The translations under genes and the position numbers were made by a program. DNA of 25,092 nt, from positions 1-25,092 of the forward strand of contig JBFWWY010000001.1 in NCBI GenBank assembly GCA_050245935.1. Reading direction: 5' to 3'. Within the stretch, counting starts at the first letter, position 1. The number at the start of each line of letters is the position of its first letter. Of this stretch, positions 9,883 to 19,101 are shown one piece after another. The notes under the pieces are model-generated. The model was not told the origin of the DNA. It was given only the letters and a program-made list of their open reading frames with translations, and did no database searches. The stretch comes from Phycisphaerae bacterium (lineage in GTDB: Bacteria; Planctomycetota; Phycisphaerae; UBA1845; Fen-1342).

Positions 9883-10334
9883 ACGCGCTTCCGCTCCGCA
9901 AACAGGTCATAGAGTTTCGCGAGCTCTTCGGTCCAGCCGAATTCGTTATCTGTTCGCGCACGTTTGGCGAGCGCTTCCGGCATCGCGGCAAATCCCGATT
10001 CGCGCAGCGTCAGCTTTGTGCCGTGCGGATGATCCTCCAGCACATACTCAACGTGCAGGTAGAGCGATGCGTCTACTTTGATGTCCTTGATTGAGAGGAA
10101 CGGCTGCCATTTGAAGACAAAGCGCTGCTGCGGCTCAACCGCGACGACTTCGCCGTCACAGCATTCGTCGAACTGTGCCCAGTAGTAGGAGACTTTTCCG
10201 CTGGGCTTCAGGTCGATTTCGGTCTTGGTGGAAAACCACTTCGAAACCTGCTCCGGGTCGGTCAGGGCTTTCCAGACTTTCTCGCGCGGCGCTTTCAGCA
10301 CCATTTCTCGAACAATTTCATCGGGCACGCTCAT
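9879..10334 (-). CDS. SRPBCC/AHSA1-like (START-fold) ligand-binding protein, ~151 aa
   Basis: IVREMVLKAPREKVWKALTDPEQVSKWF, GTKLTLRESGF, FGWTEELAKL; start at ATG 10334 after AAGGAAA. Confidence 0.92.
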   Translation of the reverse strand: MSVPDEIVREMVLKAPREKVWKALTDPEQVSKWFSTKTEIDLKPSGKVSYYWAQFDECCDGEVVAVEPQQRFVFKWQPFLSIKDIKVDASLYLHVEYVLEDHPHGTKLTLRESGFAAMPEALAKRARTDNEFGWTEELAKLYDLFAERKRV

Positions 10335-10378
10335 CAATCGTTTCCTTTTTTTTGTCGCGGCATTGCCTTTGATGGTCC

Positions 10379-10432
10379 GCAACCGATTGGTTGCGTTTCG
10401 CAACTATAAGCAACCGTTCGGTTGCGTGTCAA
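10379..10432 (-). promoter_or_regulatory. Sigma70-type promoter TTGACA-18 bp-TATAGT with two GCAACC-N4-GGTTGC operators (10379-10394 and 10410-10425)
   Basis: Minus-strand TTGACA at 10432-10427 and TATAGT at 10408-10403; two palindromes with identical 6-bp arms, 31 bp apart. Confidence 0.85.
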
Positions 10433-10472
10433 CCGGCTTGACCGAATCGCGGCGCGACGCGACGCTAGCGAG

Positions 10473-11693
10473 ATGCAGCGACTGCCTTACGACGAGCCCG
10501 ATTTGCCGCCATTCGCGCCACCGCCACACGCTGGTGCGTGCGATACAAACTCTGAATTTGAAACGATTTGCGCGCATTTCGCCGAAGACCGTAATGCCCT
10601 CGGCGGCGGTGCGTCCGTGCCGATCTTCCAATCCTCGACGTTCGTCTATCCGAGAATGGCGGACTTCGACGCCCGCAAATCCGGCGACTCGAATTTTTGG
10701 GAGTACACCCGCGTCGGCAATCCAACCACCGCGATCCTGCAAGCCAAACTCGCCGCACTCGAAAAAGGAAACTGGTCTTTCGCAATGCCCAGCGGCATGA
10801 GCGCCATTTCCGCGGCGCTCAATGCGTGCCTCAGCGCCGGCGATCATGTTGTCGCGCTGGAACGCTGCTACTGGCCGCTTACGCGGTACCTGCGAAATTA
10901 CCTGCCGCGATTCGGCGTGACTGCGACGCTCGCCGCCGAAGCGACCGCCGACGCGGTGATCGCCACGATCCAGCCGAACACAAAAGTCATCTATCTTGAA
11001 AGCCCGACAAGCGGCACATTCGACGTGCTTGACCTCGATCCGATCATCGCAGTCGGAAAAGAGCGCGGCATCGCAACGATCTTCGACAATTCGTGGGCGT
11101 CGCCGTGTTTCTTCAACCCCCTCGAGCACGGTATCGACATGGTCGTTCACAGCGCCACAAAATACATCGGCGGACATAGCGACGTGGTCGCGGGTGTCGT
11201 CGTCGGGCGCGATGAGATTTGGAAACGACGCGTTTTTCGTGAAGTCGAGCTTGTCGGCGGAACGATCGATCCGTTCGCATCGTGGTTGCTGTTGCGCGGA
11301 TTACGCACGCTGGGCCTGCGCATGGAGCGGATGCGCGACAACGCGCTCGCGGTCGCACGTCTCCTTGAGAATCACGAGAAAGTGCGTCGCGTACGGCATC
11401 CCGGTCTCGAATCGCACCCGCACTACGAACTCGTGCAGAAATACTTTACCGGCACCGGCAGCTTGTTTTCCTTTGAGCTAACGGATCAATCAAAAGCAGC
11501 CGCATTCGCATTTGTCGACGCGCTGAAGCTTTTTTCCATCGGCGTAAGCTGGGGCGGTCACGAAAGTCTCGCGCTTGCCGGCGAATATTTCAGTGATCCG
11601 AACGATCCCGCGTGGGCGATCAGGTTGCATTGCGGCCTGGAGAGCGAAAATGATCTGCTGCGAGATGTCGAGCAAGCGCTCGCAAATGTCTAA
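10473..11693 (+). CDS. PLP-dependent Cys/Met metabolism enzyme (cystathionine beta-lyase/gamma-synthase family)
   Basis: YTRVGNPT, PSGMSAI, YLESPTS, FDNSWASP, HSATKYIGGHSDV (PLP lysine), GVSWGGHESL; substrate not resolvable by eye; start ATG 10473 is a best guess. Confidence 0.9.
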   Translation: MQRLPYDEPDLPPFAPPPHAGACDTNSEFETICAHFAEDRNALGGGASVPIFQSSTFVYPRMADFDARKSGDSNFWEYTRVGNPTTAILQAKLAALEKGNWSFAMPSGMSAISAALNACLSAGDHVVALERCYWPLTRYLRNYLPRFGVTATLAAEATADAVIATIQPNTKVIYLESPTSGTFDVLDLDPIIAVGKERGIATIFDNSWASPCFFNPLEHGIDMVVHSATKYIGGHSDVVAGVVVGRDEIWKRRVFREVELVGGTIDPFASWLLLRGLRTLGLRMERMRDNALAVARLLENHEKVRRVRHPGLESHPHYELVQKYFTGTGSLFSFELTDQSKAAAFAFVDALKLFSIGVSWGGHESLALAGEYFSDPNDPAWAIRLHCGLESENDLLRDVEQALANV

Positions 11694-11694
11694 T

Positions 11695-11767
11695 GTAGGG
11701 TGTGTTGGCGTCGCGCCAATAAGTAATGAATGGTGCGCAGGACGAATCGCGACGCTAACGCACCATT
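11695..11767 (+). repeat. Long-loop GTAG REP-like element (arm GTAGGGTGYGTTSGCGTCGC, 32-34 nt variable loop, arm GCGACGCTAACGCACCATT), copy 1
   Basis: Arms match the copies at 13448-13518 and 13554-13624. Confidence 0.8.
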
Positions 11768-11835
11768 CGCTAGATTTGCTTGGTAGCGTTCACGAACTCA
11801 GTGGCATTCTCGGTGACCGGGCGCGGCGCTCACAA

Positions 11836-11896
11836 CGGCTCGGCTGGAGCCTCGCCCTCCCACCAACGGTAGCGGTCGTGCCTCCGTGCCGACCGC
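11836..11896. repeat. Two further REP-like palindromes back to back (minus-strand GTGGGAGGGCGAGGCTCCAGCCGAGCCG; plus-strand GTAGCGGTCGTGCCTCCGTGCCGACCGC)
   Basis: GTGG/GTAG tetranucleotides each followed by a GC-rich imperfect stem. Confidence 0.55.
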
Positions 11897-11931
11897 CGCG
11901 CCACGGGCGGACATTCAAATTGGAGAACACC

Positions 11932-13350
11932 TTGTCCCGCGAATTCATTCACCCGCTTGTCAGTCGCTACGCATCGCGCGAGATGGTCGAACTCTGGGGG
12001 CCGCAACACCGGCACGAAACGTGGCGGCGCGTCTGGGTCGCACTCGCCGAAGCGCAGCGCGACGCCGGCCTGAACATCAGCACGAAACAGATCAACGCAA
12101 TGAAACGCGCGGTCGCGAAAATCGACTTCGAAGCCGCCGCCAAATATGAGGCCGAGACGCGGCACGACGTCATGGCTCACATCCACGCGTTCGGCGACGC
12201 CGCCCCGAGCGCGCGGGGCATCATCCACCTCGGTGCAACGAGCATGGACGTCGTCGACAACGCCGACCTCGTGCTCACGCGCGACGCAATTGATCTCGTC
12301 ATCGGTCGCCTCGCTGCCGCGATCCAGCCGCTGCTCGACTTCTGCGAAAAATACGCCGACCTGCCCGCGCTCGGCTTCACGCACTTACAACCGGCACAAC
12401 TCACCACCGTCGGCAAACGCGCCGCACTCTGGCTGCAGGATTTGATGACCGATCTGCGGCGGCTGTCGGAGATTCGCAAGGAACTCCGCGCCCGCGGCCT
12501 CCGCGGCGCGACCGGCACGCAGGCGTCCTTTCTCAAGCTTCTCGGCAGCGCGACAAAAGTCCGCAACATGGAGCAGCACTTCACAAAATCGCTCGGCTTT
12601 GACAAATGCTACGACATCTGCGGCCAGACTTATTCGCGAAAAGTCGACATTGAAGTCATCAACGCGCTCGCGTCCTTCGCCGCCGGCGTACAGAAAATCT
12701 GCAACGACATCCGCATCCTCGCGATGCTCAAAGAAATCGAGGAGCCGTTCGGCAAGAAGCAGGTCGGCAGCAGCGCGATGCCGTACAAACGCAATCCCGC
12801 GAAATGCGAACGGGCAACCGGCCTCGCGCGGTATCTCATGAGCCTTGCAACGTCGCCGCCGATGACGCTCGCCGACCAGATGCTCGAACGCACGCTCGAC
12901 GACAGCAGCAACAAGCGGCTTGTCTTTCCCGAGGCGTTTCTCACCGCCGACGCACTCGCGATTCTGCTGCACAGCATTTTCGACGGCCTCGTCGTCTACC
13001 CAGCCACGATTCGCGCTCGCGTGATGGCGGAGCTGCCGTTCATCGCATCGGAAAACATCCTCATGGCCGCCGTCGCACAAGGCGGCGACCGCCAACAACT
13101 CCACGAACGCATCCGCGATCACGCCCAACAAGCCGGCCAACTCGTCAAAAACGAAGGCAAGCCGAATGATCTGATCGAGCGACTGCAAAAAGACCCGGCT
13201 TTCGCGGGGATTGATTTGTCCAAAGTGCTGGAGCCGGGGGATTATGTGGGGCTGGCGCCGAAGCAGACGCGGGAATTTGTGCGCGGCTGTCGGCGGGAAT
13301 TGGGTAACATGAAGTTGCCGAAAGTACAATTGAGCACAATTTCAGTTTAG
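11932..13350 (+). CDS. purB: Adenylosuccinate lyase, ~472 aa
   Basis: HPLVSRYASREM, TRHDVMAH, IIHLGATS, GFTHLQPAQLTTVGKR, GSSAMPYKRNP signature; TTG start at 11932 with GGAG 6 nt upstream. Confidence 0.97.
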   Translation: MSREFIHPLVSRYASREMVELWGPQHRHETWRRVWVALAEAQRDAGLNISTKQINAMKRAVAKIDFEAAAKYEAETRHDVMAHIHAFGDAAPSARGIIHLGATSMDVVDNADLVLTRDAIDLVIGRLAAAIQPLLDFCEKYADLPALGFTHLQPAQLTTVGKRAALWLQDLMTDLRRLSEIRKELRARGLRGATGTQASFLKLLGSATKVRNMEQHFTKSLGFDKCYDICGQTYSRKVDIEVINALASFAAGVQKICNDIRILAMLKEIEEPFGKKQVGSSAMPYKRNPAKCERATGLARYLMSLATSPPMTLADQMLERTLDDSSNKRLVFPEAFLTADALAILLHSIFDGLVVYPATIRARVMAELPFIASENILMAAVAQGGDRQQLHERIRDHAQQAGQLVKNEGKPNDLIERLQKDPAFAGIDLSKVLEPGDYVGLAPKQTREFVRGCRRELGNMKLPKVQLSTISV

Positions 13351-13418
13351 GTCGCTTTGTGGTTGTCTCCTTGTGATGTATCAGTGGCGATACCTTGAAG
13401 AATCTTCGCGCGATTGGC

Positions 13419-13624
13419 ATGGTGCGTTAACGTCGCGATTAAGTTGTGTAGGGTGCGTTCGCGTCGCTCCCAAAAAATTCAATCGTTAGGGGATTCGACG
13501 CGACGCTAACGCACCATTCTGTCACGATTTTAGCATCTGCTCGCGCCATCGGGATGGTGCGTTAACGTCGCGATTGAGTTGGTCGTCTGTTCGATATTTC
13601 CAGCGCGACGCGAACGCACCCTAC
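13419..13624. repeat. Cluster of the long-loop REP-like family: partial arm 13419-13440, full copy 13448-13518 (+), full inverted copy 13554-13624 (-)
   Basis: GTAGGGTGCGTTCGCGTCGC at 13448-13467 and its exact reverse complement at 13605-13624; ATGGTGCGTTAACGTCGCGATT at 13419 and 13554. Confidence 0.88.
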
Positions 13625-13699
13625 GAAATTGAATTCGTAATATCAGTCCCCATCCGGAACGGCCAGGGCACCCGCCCCCGTGCGGTAGCCACGGGAAGC

Positions 13700-15949
13700 T
13701 CAAATGCGTTCGCTGCGCTGGAGTTGTGCGAGATCGCGAATGTCGACGTCGCCGTCTTCATCGCGATCACAAGCGATCCCCATTTCCGTGTCGCCGTGCG
13801 GCGATTGATCCGGCCCGTTCAAAACAGCAATTGCAAGTATCGCATCGTCAGCATCAATCGTGCCGTCGTGATTCAGGTCGGGTTCGTACGTGAATCCAAT
13901 GGCAGCGAGCATGGGACGTATTTCCGGATTCTGCATGAAGAGCCGCCAACATAGTCCGCTGCGAAAATTCTCGATCATCACCACAATCGGTGCCTGATCA
14001 ATCGAAATGAAATCATCCGCAACCCAGTCCTCTGTTGGATTCAGCGCGTCGTAAAACCCAAAGGGGCTGTTGAGCTGCGCACCATAAGTGTCATAAAGAT
14101 AGCGAAGGGTTTGCAGCGATTCGGTCGGCGTATAGGGCATGGCGGACAGCGCCGCCGTCGGGGCGATCGTGCCATTGTCGAGCGTCGGCGCGTGCGGCAA
14201 ATACTGGTGCGGACCCATCGAAGCGGTCAACCCCCAGAGCCAACGGTGATACCCGACAAACCGACGCGGATTATCGATCGAGTACGCGCGATGAATCCGT
14301 GACATCGCGCGACCGGTTACGAAATAATTCGTGAATGCATCGCGCTTGAATCGCGGATCGAAACCCAGCGCGGAATAATGCGTGAAGAAGAGCGGCCCGC
14401 CGAGCGGTTCGCTCACGTCCTGCACGATACCGTAGTAGGAATCGCCGTTGGCATAAGCGGGTCGGCTCGCCCACCCTTCGTAATACGATTCCGGCGGCAT
14501 CGGATGCGTCGGCGATGCGATGGCGAGCAAGTAAACAATCATGGCTTCGTGATAGCCCCGAATTGGCAGATCCACAGCCCAGCCGTGATTCGGAGACCAA
14601 TGCCACCAGAGCGTGAGACTGTCCGGATCGCGACGGAACCAGTCCCACTCGATGGCTTCCCACATCCGCGTTGCGCGGTCGCGAATTGCAATTTCGATCG
14701 GCGCATCACCGTTGAAATACTGTCGTACGGTCAATAGCCCCTGCGCGACAAACGCCGTTTCAACCAGATCCGCGCCGTCGTCGAATTTGCCGAAGACATG
14801 CGACGCGCCGGTTGTGCCATCGACAACATGGGGCCACGCGCCGTGAAACCGATCCGCGACGTCTTCGAGGAAGGTGAGCATCTGATAGATGCGAATGGCC
14901 GACTCTGCGCGCGTCGTCCAGCCGCGCTCGGTGCCGACGACAATCGCCATCAACCCCATGCCGCTCCCGCCGACCGCGACTTTGTTTGCGTCCCACGGTT
15001 CGGGAATCATTCCGCTGACGGGGTGTCCCCCATGCCAGAAATAGTTGAACGTTGCATTCTGAAGCTGATCGAGCAATTCCTCATCAGTGAGGCCGTTGTA
15101 TTGCGCGGGTGCCGGTACGCTTCGTGCGGTTTCGCCGACGAGGGTCACCGCGCTGAGCGCGTAGTAGCGCGTTTTGGCGAATGGCCCTACGTCAACAAAG
15201 TGACGATCTGCGATCGGCGTTGTCGTCAGTTGTTCGAACGGACCGGAAGCGTCATCGCTGGCATACACGTGGTAGCCGAGGAGTTCGTCATCATGTACCG
15301 CGTCCCAGGTAATTTCGTTGCGATCGAGAAGACCGAGTGTCGCAACACCGGAAGGGATGGGCGTCGGCTCGCTGTATTCGAGTCGAAGATGATCGACATA
15401 CATCGTGCCGCTGGTGCCCGCCATATTTTCGAAAACGATCGCGCCGAGAAATGACAAGTCGCGCTGACTGCGATCGTTGAGCGGGAAGCGAATCGTCTGC
15501 CACTGTGCGACTTGTGTCGGCGGTGCAACGGCAGGCTGCCAGGCGCTCGGCGGATCCCAATTTCCCGAGTAAACACCAACCAGCCCGGGCAAGGCGGTTG
15601 GCGTTTCAACAAAAACGTCAAGCAGGAGTGCGTCGAAACGCGACAAGTCGTAGTGCTGATTCTCTTCGATGATGTGAAAACCAAACTCAATCTTGCGGTC
15701 AGGCTCGTTGGTGAATGAAAGCCGAACGAGCCGTTCGCCATCTGTAGCAAACGGCGCGCCGTCCGTCCCACCGCGCAAAACGTCGAGGGTCAGGCTCGGG
15801 TCGAAACTGCCGGGATAGAGTTGAATCGCAGTCGCGAGCGGTGCCTCGAAACCAGCAACGCGCACAAACGGCTTCGCATGCGCGATTGTCGTACCCATCG
15901 CGAGCAGCGCTGTGGCGAACCGGCCGATTGACCGTACACGCATAAGCAT
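13700..15949 (-). CDS. Secreted GH144 (glucoamylase-like, beta-1,2-glucanase family) protein: CBM-like domain + Fn3-like domain + GH144 + dockerin-like tail
   Basis: GGSGMGLMAIVVGTERGW, RFHGAWPH, DDGADLVETAF, GGPLFFTHYS, GTIAPTAALSAMPYTP, GFYDA, IDQAPIVVMIENFRSGLCW; signal peptide ending AHA-K; two DxNxDGxID/DxDGDVD loops at the C-terminus. Confidence 0.88.
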   Translation of the reverse strand: MLMRVRSIGRFATALLAMGTTIAHAKPFVRVAGFEAPLATAIQLYPGSFDPSLTLDVLRGGTDGAPFATDGERLVRLSFTNEPDRKIEFGFHIIEENQHYDLSRFDALLLDVFVETPTALPGLVGVYSGNWDPPSAWQPAVAPPTQVAQWQTIRFPLNDRSQRDLSFLGAIVFENMAGTSGTMYVDHLRLEYSEPTPIPSGVATLGLLDRNEITWDAVHDDELLGYHVYASDDASGPFEQLTTTPIADRHFVDVGPFAKTRYYALSAVTLVGETARSVPAPAQYNGLTDEELLDQLQNATFNYFWHGGHPVSGMIPEPWDANKVAVGGSGMGLMAIVVGTERGWTTRAESAIRIYQMLTFLEDVADRFHGAWPHVVDGTTGASHVFGKFDDGADLVETAFVAQGLLTVRQYFNGDAPIEIAIRDRATRMWEAIEWDWFRRDPDSLTLWWHWSPNHGWAVDLPIRGYHEAMIVYLLAIASPTHPMPPESYYEGWASRPAYANGDSYYGIVQDVSEPLGGPLFFTHYSALGFDPRFKRDAFTNYFVTGRAMSRIHRAYSIDNPRRFVGYHRWLWGLTASMGPHQYLPHAPTLDNGTIAPTAALSAMPYTPTESLQTLRYLYDTYGAQLNSPFGFYDALNPTEDWVADDFISIDQAPIVVMIENFRSGLCWRLFMQNPEIRPMLAAIGFTYEPDLNHDGTIDADDAILAIAVLNGPDQSPHGDTEMGIACDRDEDGDVDIRDLAQLQRSERI

Positions 15950-15955
15950 GGACGC

Positions 15956-15966
15956 ATTGTAGCAGG
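15956..15966 (-). promoter_or_regulatory. Extended -10 (CCTGC-TACAAT) 6 nt upstream of ATG 15949; probable leaderless promoter
   Basis: TGn-TACAAT-N6-ATG, no SD sequence. Confidence 0.55.
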
Positions 15967-16118
15967 TTTGATGCGTCGATTTTCGCTTTAGTCATTGTCC
16001 GGGCACCGTCTTGGACAGCCCAGTGCGCGGGAAAAATCCAGCGAAGGAGGCTCACGCCACGCTTGTGGTTGCTTTCGAAAATTATGATTCCGCCGCTCAG
16101 GTTCCTACAATAATCGCT

Positions 16119-17417
16119 TTGAATGCTTGCAGTGAGCCATTCAACTCTTCCTTTGTCCTTCGCCTGTCGTTGGCTCTCCTGATCACTGCGTCCCAGAATT
16201 TGTATGCCGGTGAGGCGATCGTTCTCGCGCCCGATTTTGCAATCAGCGTCCAGCATGAAGGCCTGATCCACCCCACGCAAATCACGTTTGGCCCCGATGG
16301 TCGGCTTTATGTCGGTGTGCAGTCAGGGCAGATCTACGCCTTCGACTATACGCCGCGCGGCGTGAACGGCGGCGCGGCGCTTGTCGCGAGTGGCGTCGGA
16401 AACCTGCTGCTCGGCATCGGCTTTGATTCGACGGGCAGTCTGTACGCTTCTTCCAACGAAGGCACTGACGACAGCGGCTTCCTCGCGCGAATGCGTGACA
16501 CCGACGGCGACGGCTTTTTTGAAACGATCGATAAGTTCGTCACCGGCCTGCCCAATCGCGGTCATCACAACGACCAACTCGCGATCGACGGACGCACGCT
16601 CTACGTCGGGATGGGCTCACGCAACGATGACGGTGACGTGGATGACGTGTCGCCGATTCCTGCGGCGACGATGTTGCGTGTTGATCTGGACGCGGTCGAC
16701 TTTTTATCGTCGAGCAATCTGCCGACGGTGTATGCGCGCGGCCTCCGCAATCCGTTCGGCGTCGCGCTGGATGCGGCAGGGCGGCTCTGGTGCGCTGATA
16801 ATGGACGCGACTCGCCGCTTACGCAGGAAACACTGCATCGGATCATGCCGCACGCGCATCACGGCTTCCCAGCGGAATCCGCGCCGAGCGATGCGATCGC
16901 GCCAATCACGACCCTCGGCCTCGGTACCTCCGCGAACGGCTTTGATTTTTATCCGTCAGATGGACGGTGGGGGACCGCGTTTTCAGGAAATATTTTTCTG
17001 ACCCGTTTCGATTTTGAGTTGAATGATCCCGAAGGCATCGGCCAGGATGTGGTGCGCATCATGTTGGATGAAGCGACACCGGGTTTGCCGAAGGCGACCG
17101 TTGATTTATTCGCGCGCGGTTTACGTCGACCGCTGGATGCGGAAATCGATCCGTACGGCAATTTGCTCATCATGGAATACGGCAGCTATTCCGGTGCGAT
17201 TCCGGGCCGCATTCAGCGTATCGCGGCATTGATCGGCGCGGACCACGATCGCGATTCCGATGTAGACATGCGCGACGTTGCGGCGTTGCAGACATGCTTT
17301 GCCGGTACATTTGCACCTGAAGAGCCTTCGAATTGTGCAACGTTCGACAGCAATGTGAATCACAGCATTGATTTTGCTGATGTGCTTGCTTTTCTGGCGG
17401 TCTTCGCGGGAACCTGA
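16119..17417 (+). CDS. Glucose/sorbosone dehydrogenase-like (PQQ-type) beta-propeller protein with dockerin-like tail
   Basis: HPTQITFGPDGRLYV, HHNDQLAIDGRTLYVGMGS, YARGLRNPFGVALD, ADNGRD, FARGLRRPLDAEIDPYG; tail DHDRDSDVDMRDVAALQTCF...DSNVNHSIDFAD. Start uncertain (TTG 16119 chosen from the -10 box and signal peptide); PQQ use not proven. Confidence 0.75.
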   Translation: MNACSEPFNSSFVLRLSLALLITASQNLYAGEAIVLAPDFAISVQHEGLIHPTQITFGPDGRLYVGVQSGQIYAFDYTPRGVNGGAALVASGVGNLLLGIGFDSTGSLYASSNEGTDDSGFLARMRDTDGDGFFETIDKFVTGLPNRGHHNDQLAIDGRTLYVGMGSRNDDGDVDDVSPIPAATMLRVDLDAVDFLSSSNLPTVYARGLRNPFGVALDAAGRLWCADNGRDSPLTQETLHRIMPHAHHGFPAESAPSDAIAPITTLGLGTSANGFDFYPSDGRWGTAFSGNIFLTRFDFELNDPEGIGQDVVRIMLDEATPGLPKATVDLFARGLRRPLDAEIDPYGNLLIMEYGSYSGAIPGRIQRIAALIGADHDRDSDVDMRDVAALQTCFAGTFAPEEPSNCATFDSNVNHSIDFADVLAFLAVFAGT

Positions 17418-17490
17418 TCAGGTTCATGCACATCGCATCGCATTCCACGTCACCAAGTCACCCGACTCGGTGAATTCCACTCCGCCTCGG

Positions 17491-19101
17491 CTAAATGACT
17501 TCGTCTTCTTCCTCGAACTCGCTTTTTCCACGGCCGCTGATTGCAAATTCCGTCGCGCGAACTTCACGCATGACGGTGACCTTGATTTCTCCGGGAAAGG
17601 TGACAAGTTGCTCTTCGATTTTTTTCGCGATGTCGCGGGCCATTTTGAGAGAGGAGCGGTCGTCGGTGCGAACCGGATCAACGATCACGCGCACCTCGCG
17701 ACCCGCTTCGATCGCATACGCGAGCTTGACGCCTTCGAAGGACGTGGCGATCCCTTCGAGCTCCTGCAGACGCTTGACGTACCGCTCCAGCGATTCGCGC
17801 CGTCCGCCGGGGCGTGCCGCGCTGATCGCGTCCGCCGCTGTCACGAGCGGCGTATACGGGTGCGTCGCGGGAATGTCATTGTGATGTCCGCCGATCGCAT
17901 TCAATACCGGAGCGGGTTCGTTGTAGCGTCGTGCCAGGTCGGCACCGGTCTTCGTGTGCGATCCTTCGGCTTCGTCGTGCGGGATCGCCTTGCCGATGTC
18001 GTGGAGGAGGCCGCAGCGCCTGGCCAGTGCTTCATCGAGTCCCAGTTCTGCCGCCATCAGGCCGCAGAGATGGGCCACTTCAATGCTGTGTTTGAGCACG
18101 TTCTGGCCATAACTTGTGCGGAACTGCAACCGCCCCAATACGTCCAGCAGCTTCTTGTTGACGCCGTTGACATTGGCTTCCAGCGCCGCGTGCTTACCAG
18201 CTTCTGAATTGCTGGCTTCCACTTCTTTCGTGACTTCCGCAATGACCTCGTCAATGCGGGTCGGGTGGATACGGCCGTCGCGAATGAGGCGGTCGAGCGC
18301 GCGGGCGGCAATCTGCTGCCGGACCGGATCGTAGCAGGAAATGGTGACGACGCCTGGCGTGTCGTCGACGATCACCGTGACGCCGGTGGCCTTCTCAAAC
18401 GCACGAATGTTGCGACCTTCCCGGCCGATGACGCGGCCTTTCATGTCATCGCTGGGAACGTCCACCGTGCGCACGACGGCCTCGCAGGTATGATCCGCCG
18501 CAAATCGCTGAATCGCACCAATCGTGATGTAGCGGGCCTTTTCTTTCGCGTTGTCTTCCGCGTTCTGAATGATGCGTTCGACGATCTGTCCCGCGTCGTG
18601 CTCCACTTCATTTTCGATTTTCGCGAGGCACATTTTCCGCGCTTCTTCCCGCGAAAGTCCGGCAATCCGTAGCAGTTCGGTTTTCTGCGATTCGAGGAGC
18701 CGGTTGGCTTCTTCGCGGTTCGCTTCAATTTCCTGCTCGCGCTTGGCAATATCGGCCTGCACACGATCGAGATTGCGTTCTTTGGTGTCGAGTACGTCGA
18801 GCTTTTTGTCGAGCGTATCTTCACGTTTTTCGAGTCGTTTTTCCGCGGCTTTCAATTCGTTGCGGGTGCCTGCGGTTTCCTTCTCAAACCGCTCCATCGT
18901 CTCCAGCAATTTTTTCTGTGCCGTCACTTCGGCTTCGCTGATGATCCCCTGGGCCTTCTGATCAGCCTCACGAAGTTTCACCGTGCTTTGCTGTTCGATT
19001 TCCTTCAGCGAATTCTGCAACCGCGACTTACCGATGAACCACGACCCGGCTGCGCCGAGTCCCGCGCCTGCCACCAGCAGGACAAAATGCCACACATCCA
19101 T
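17491..19101 (-). CDS. rny: Ribonuclease Y
   Basis: N-terminal TM, long coiled coil, KH domain ([17 protein letters not shown]), HD domain ([20 protein letters not shown]), [18 protein letters not shown]-like IEAGREVRV. Confidence 0.97.
   Translation of the reverse strand: MDVWHFVLLVAGAGLGAAGSWFIGKSRLQNSLKEIEQQSTVKLREADQKAQGIISEAEVTAQKKLLETMERFEKETAGTRNELKAAEKRLEKREDTLDKKLDVLDTKERNLDRVQADIAKREQEIEANREEANRLLESQKTELLRIAGLSREEARKMCLAKIENEVEHDAGQIVERIIQNAEDNAKEKARYITIGAIQRFAADHTCEAVVRTVDVPSDDMKGRVIGREGRNIRAFEKATGVTVIVDDTPGVVTISCYDPVRQQIAARALDRLIRDGRIHPTRIDEVIAEVTKEVEASNSEAGKHAALEANVNGVNKKLLDVLGRLQFRTSYGQNVLKHSIEVAHLCGLMAAELGLDEALARRCGLLHDIGKAIPHDEAEGSHTKTGADLARRYNEPAPVLNAIGGHHNDIPATHPYTPLVTAADAISAARPGGRRESLERYVKRLQELEGIATSFEGVKLAYAIEAGREVRVIVDPVRTDDRSSLKMARDIAKKIEEQLVTFPGEIKVTVMREVRATEFAISGRGKSEFEEEDEVI

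Noticed and set aside
10473-11693. PLP enzyme as a selenium-metabolism gene linked to the selenoprotein
   Set aside because: 10 kb away, and its motifs fit an ordinary transsulfuration enzyme; no supporting evidence
11575-11931. 119-aa N-terminal extension of PurB
   Set aside because: Overlaps the end of the upstream gene and translates REP elements; GGAG plus TTG at 11932 matches the normal PurB N-terminus
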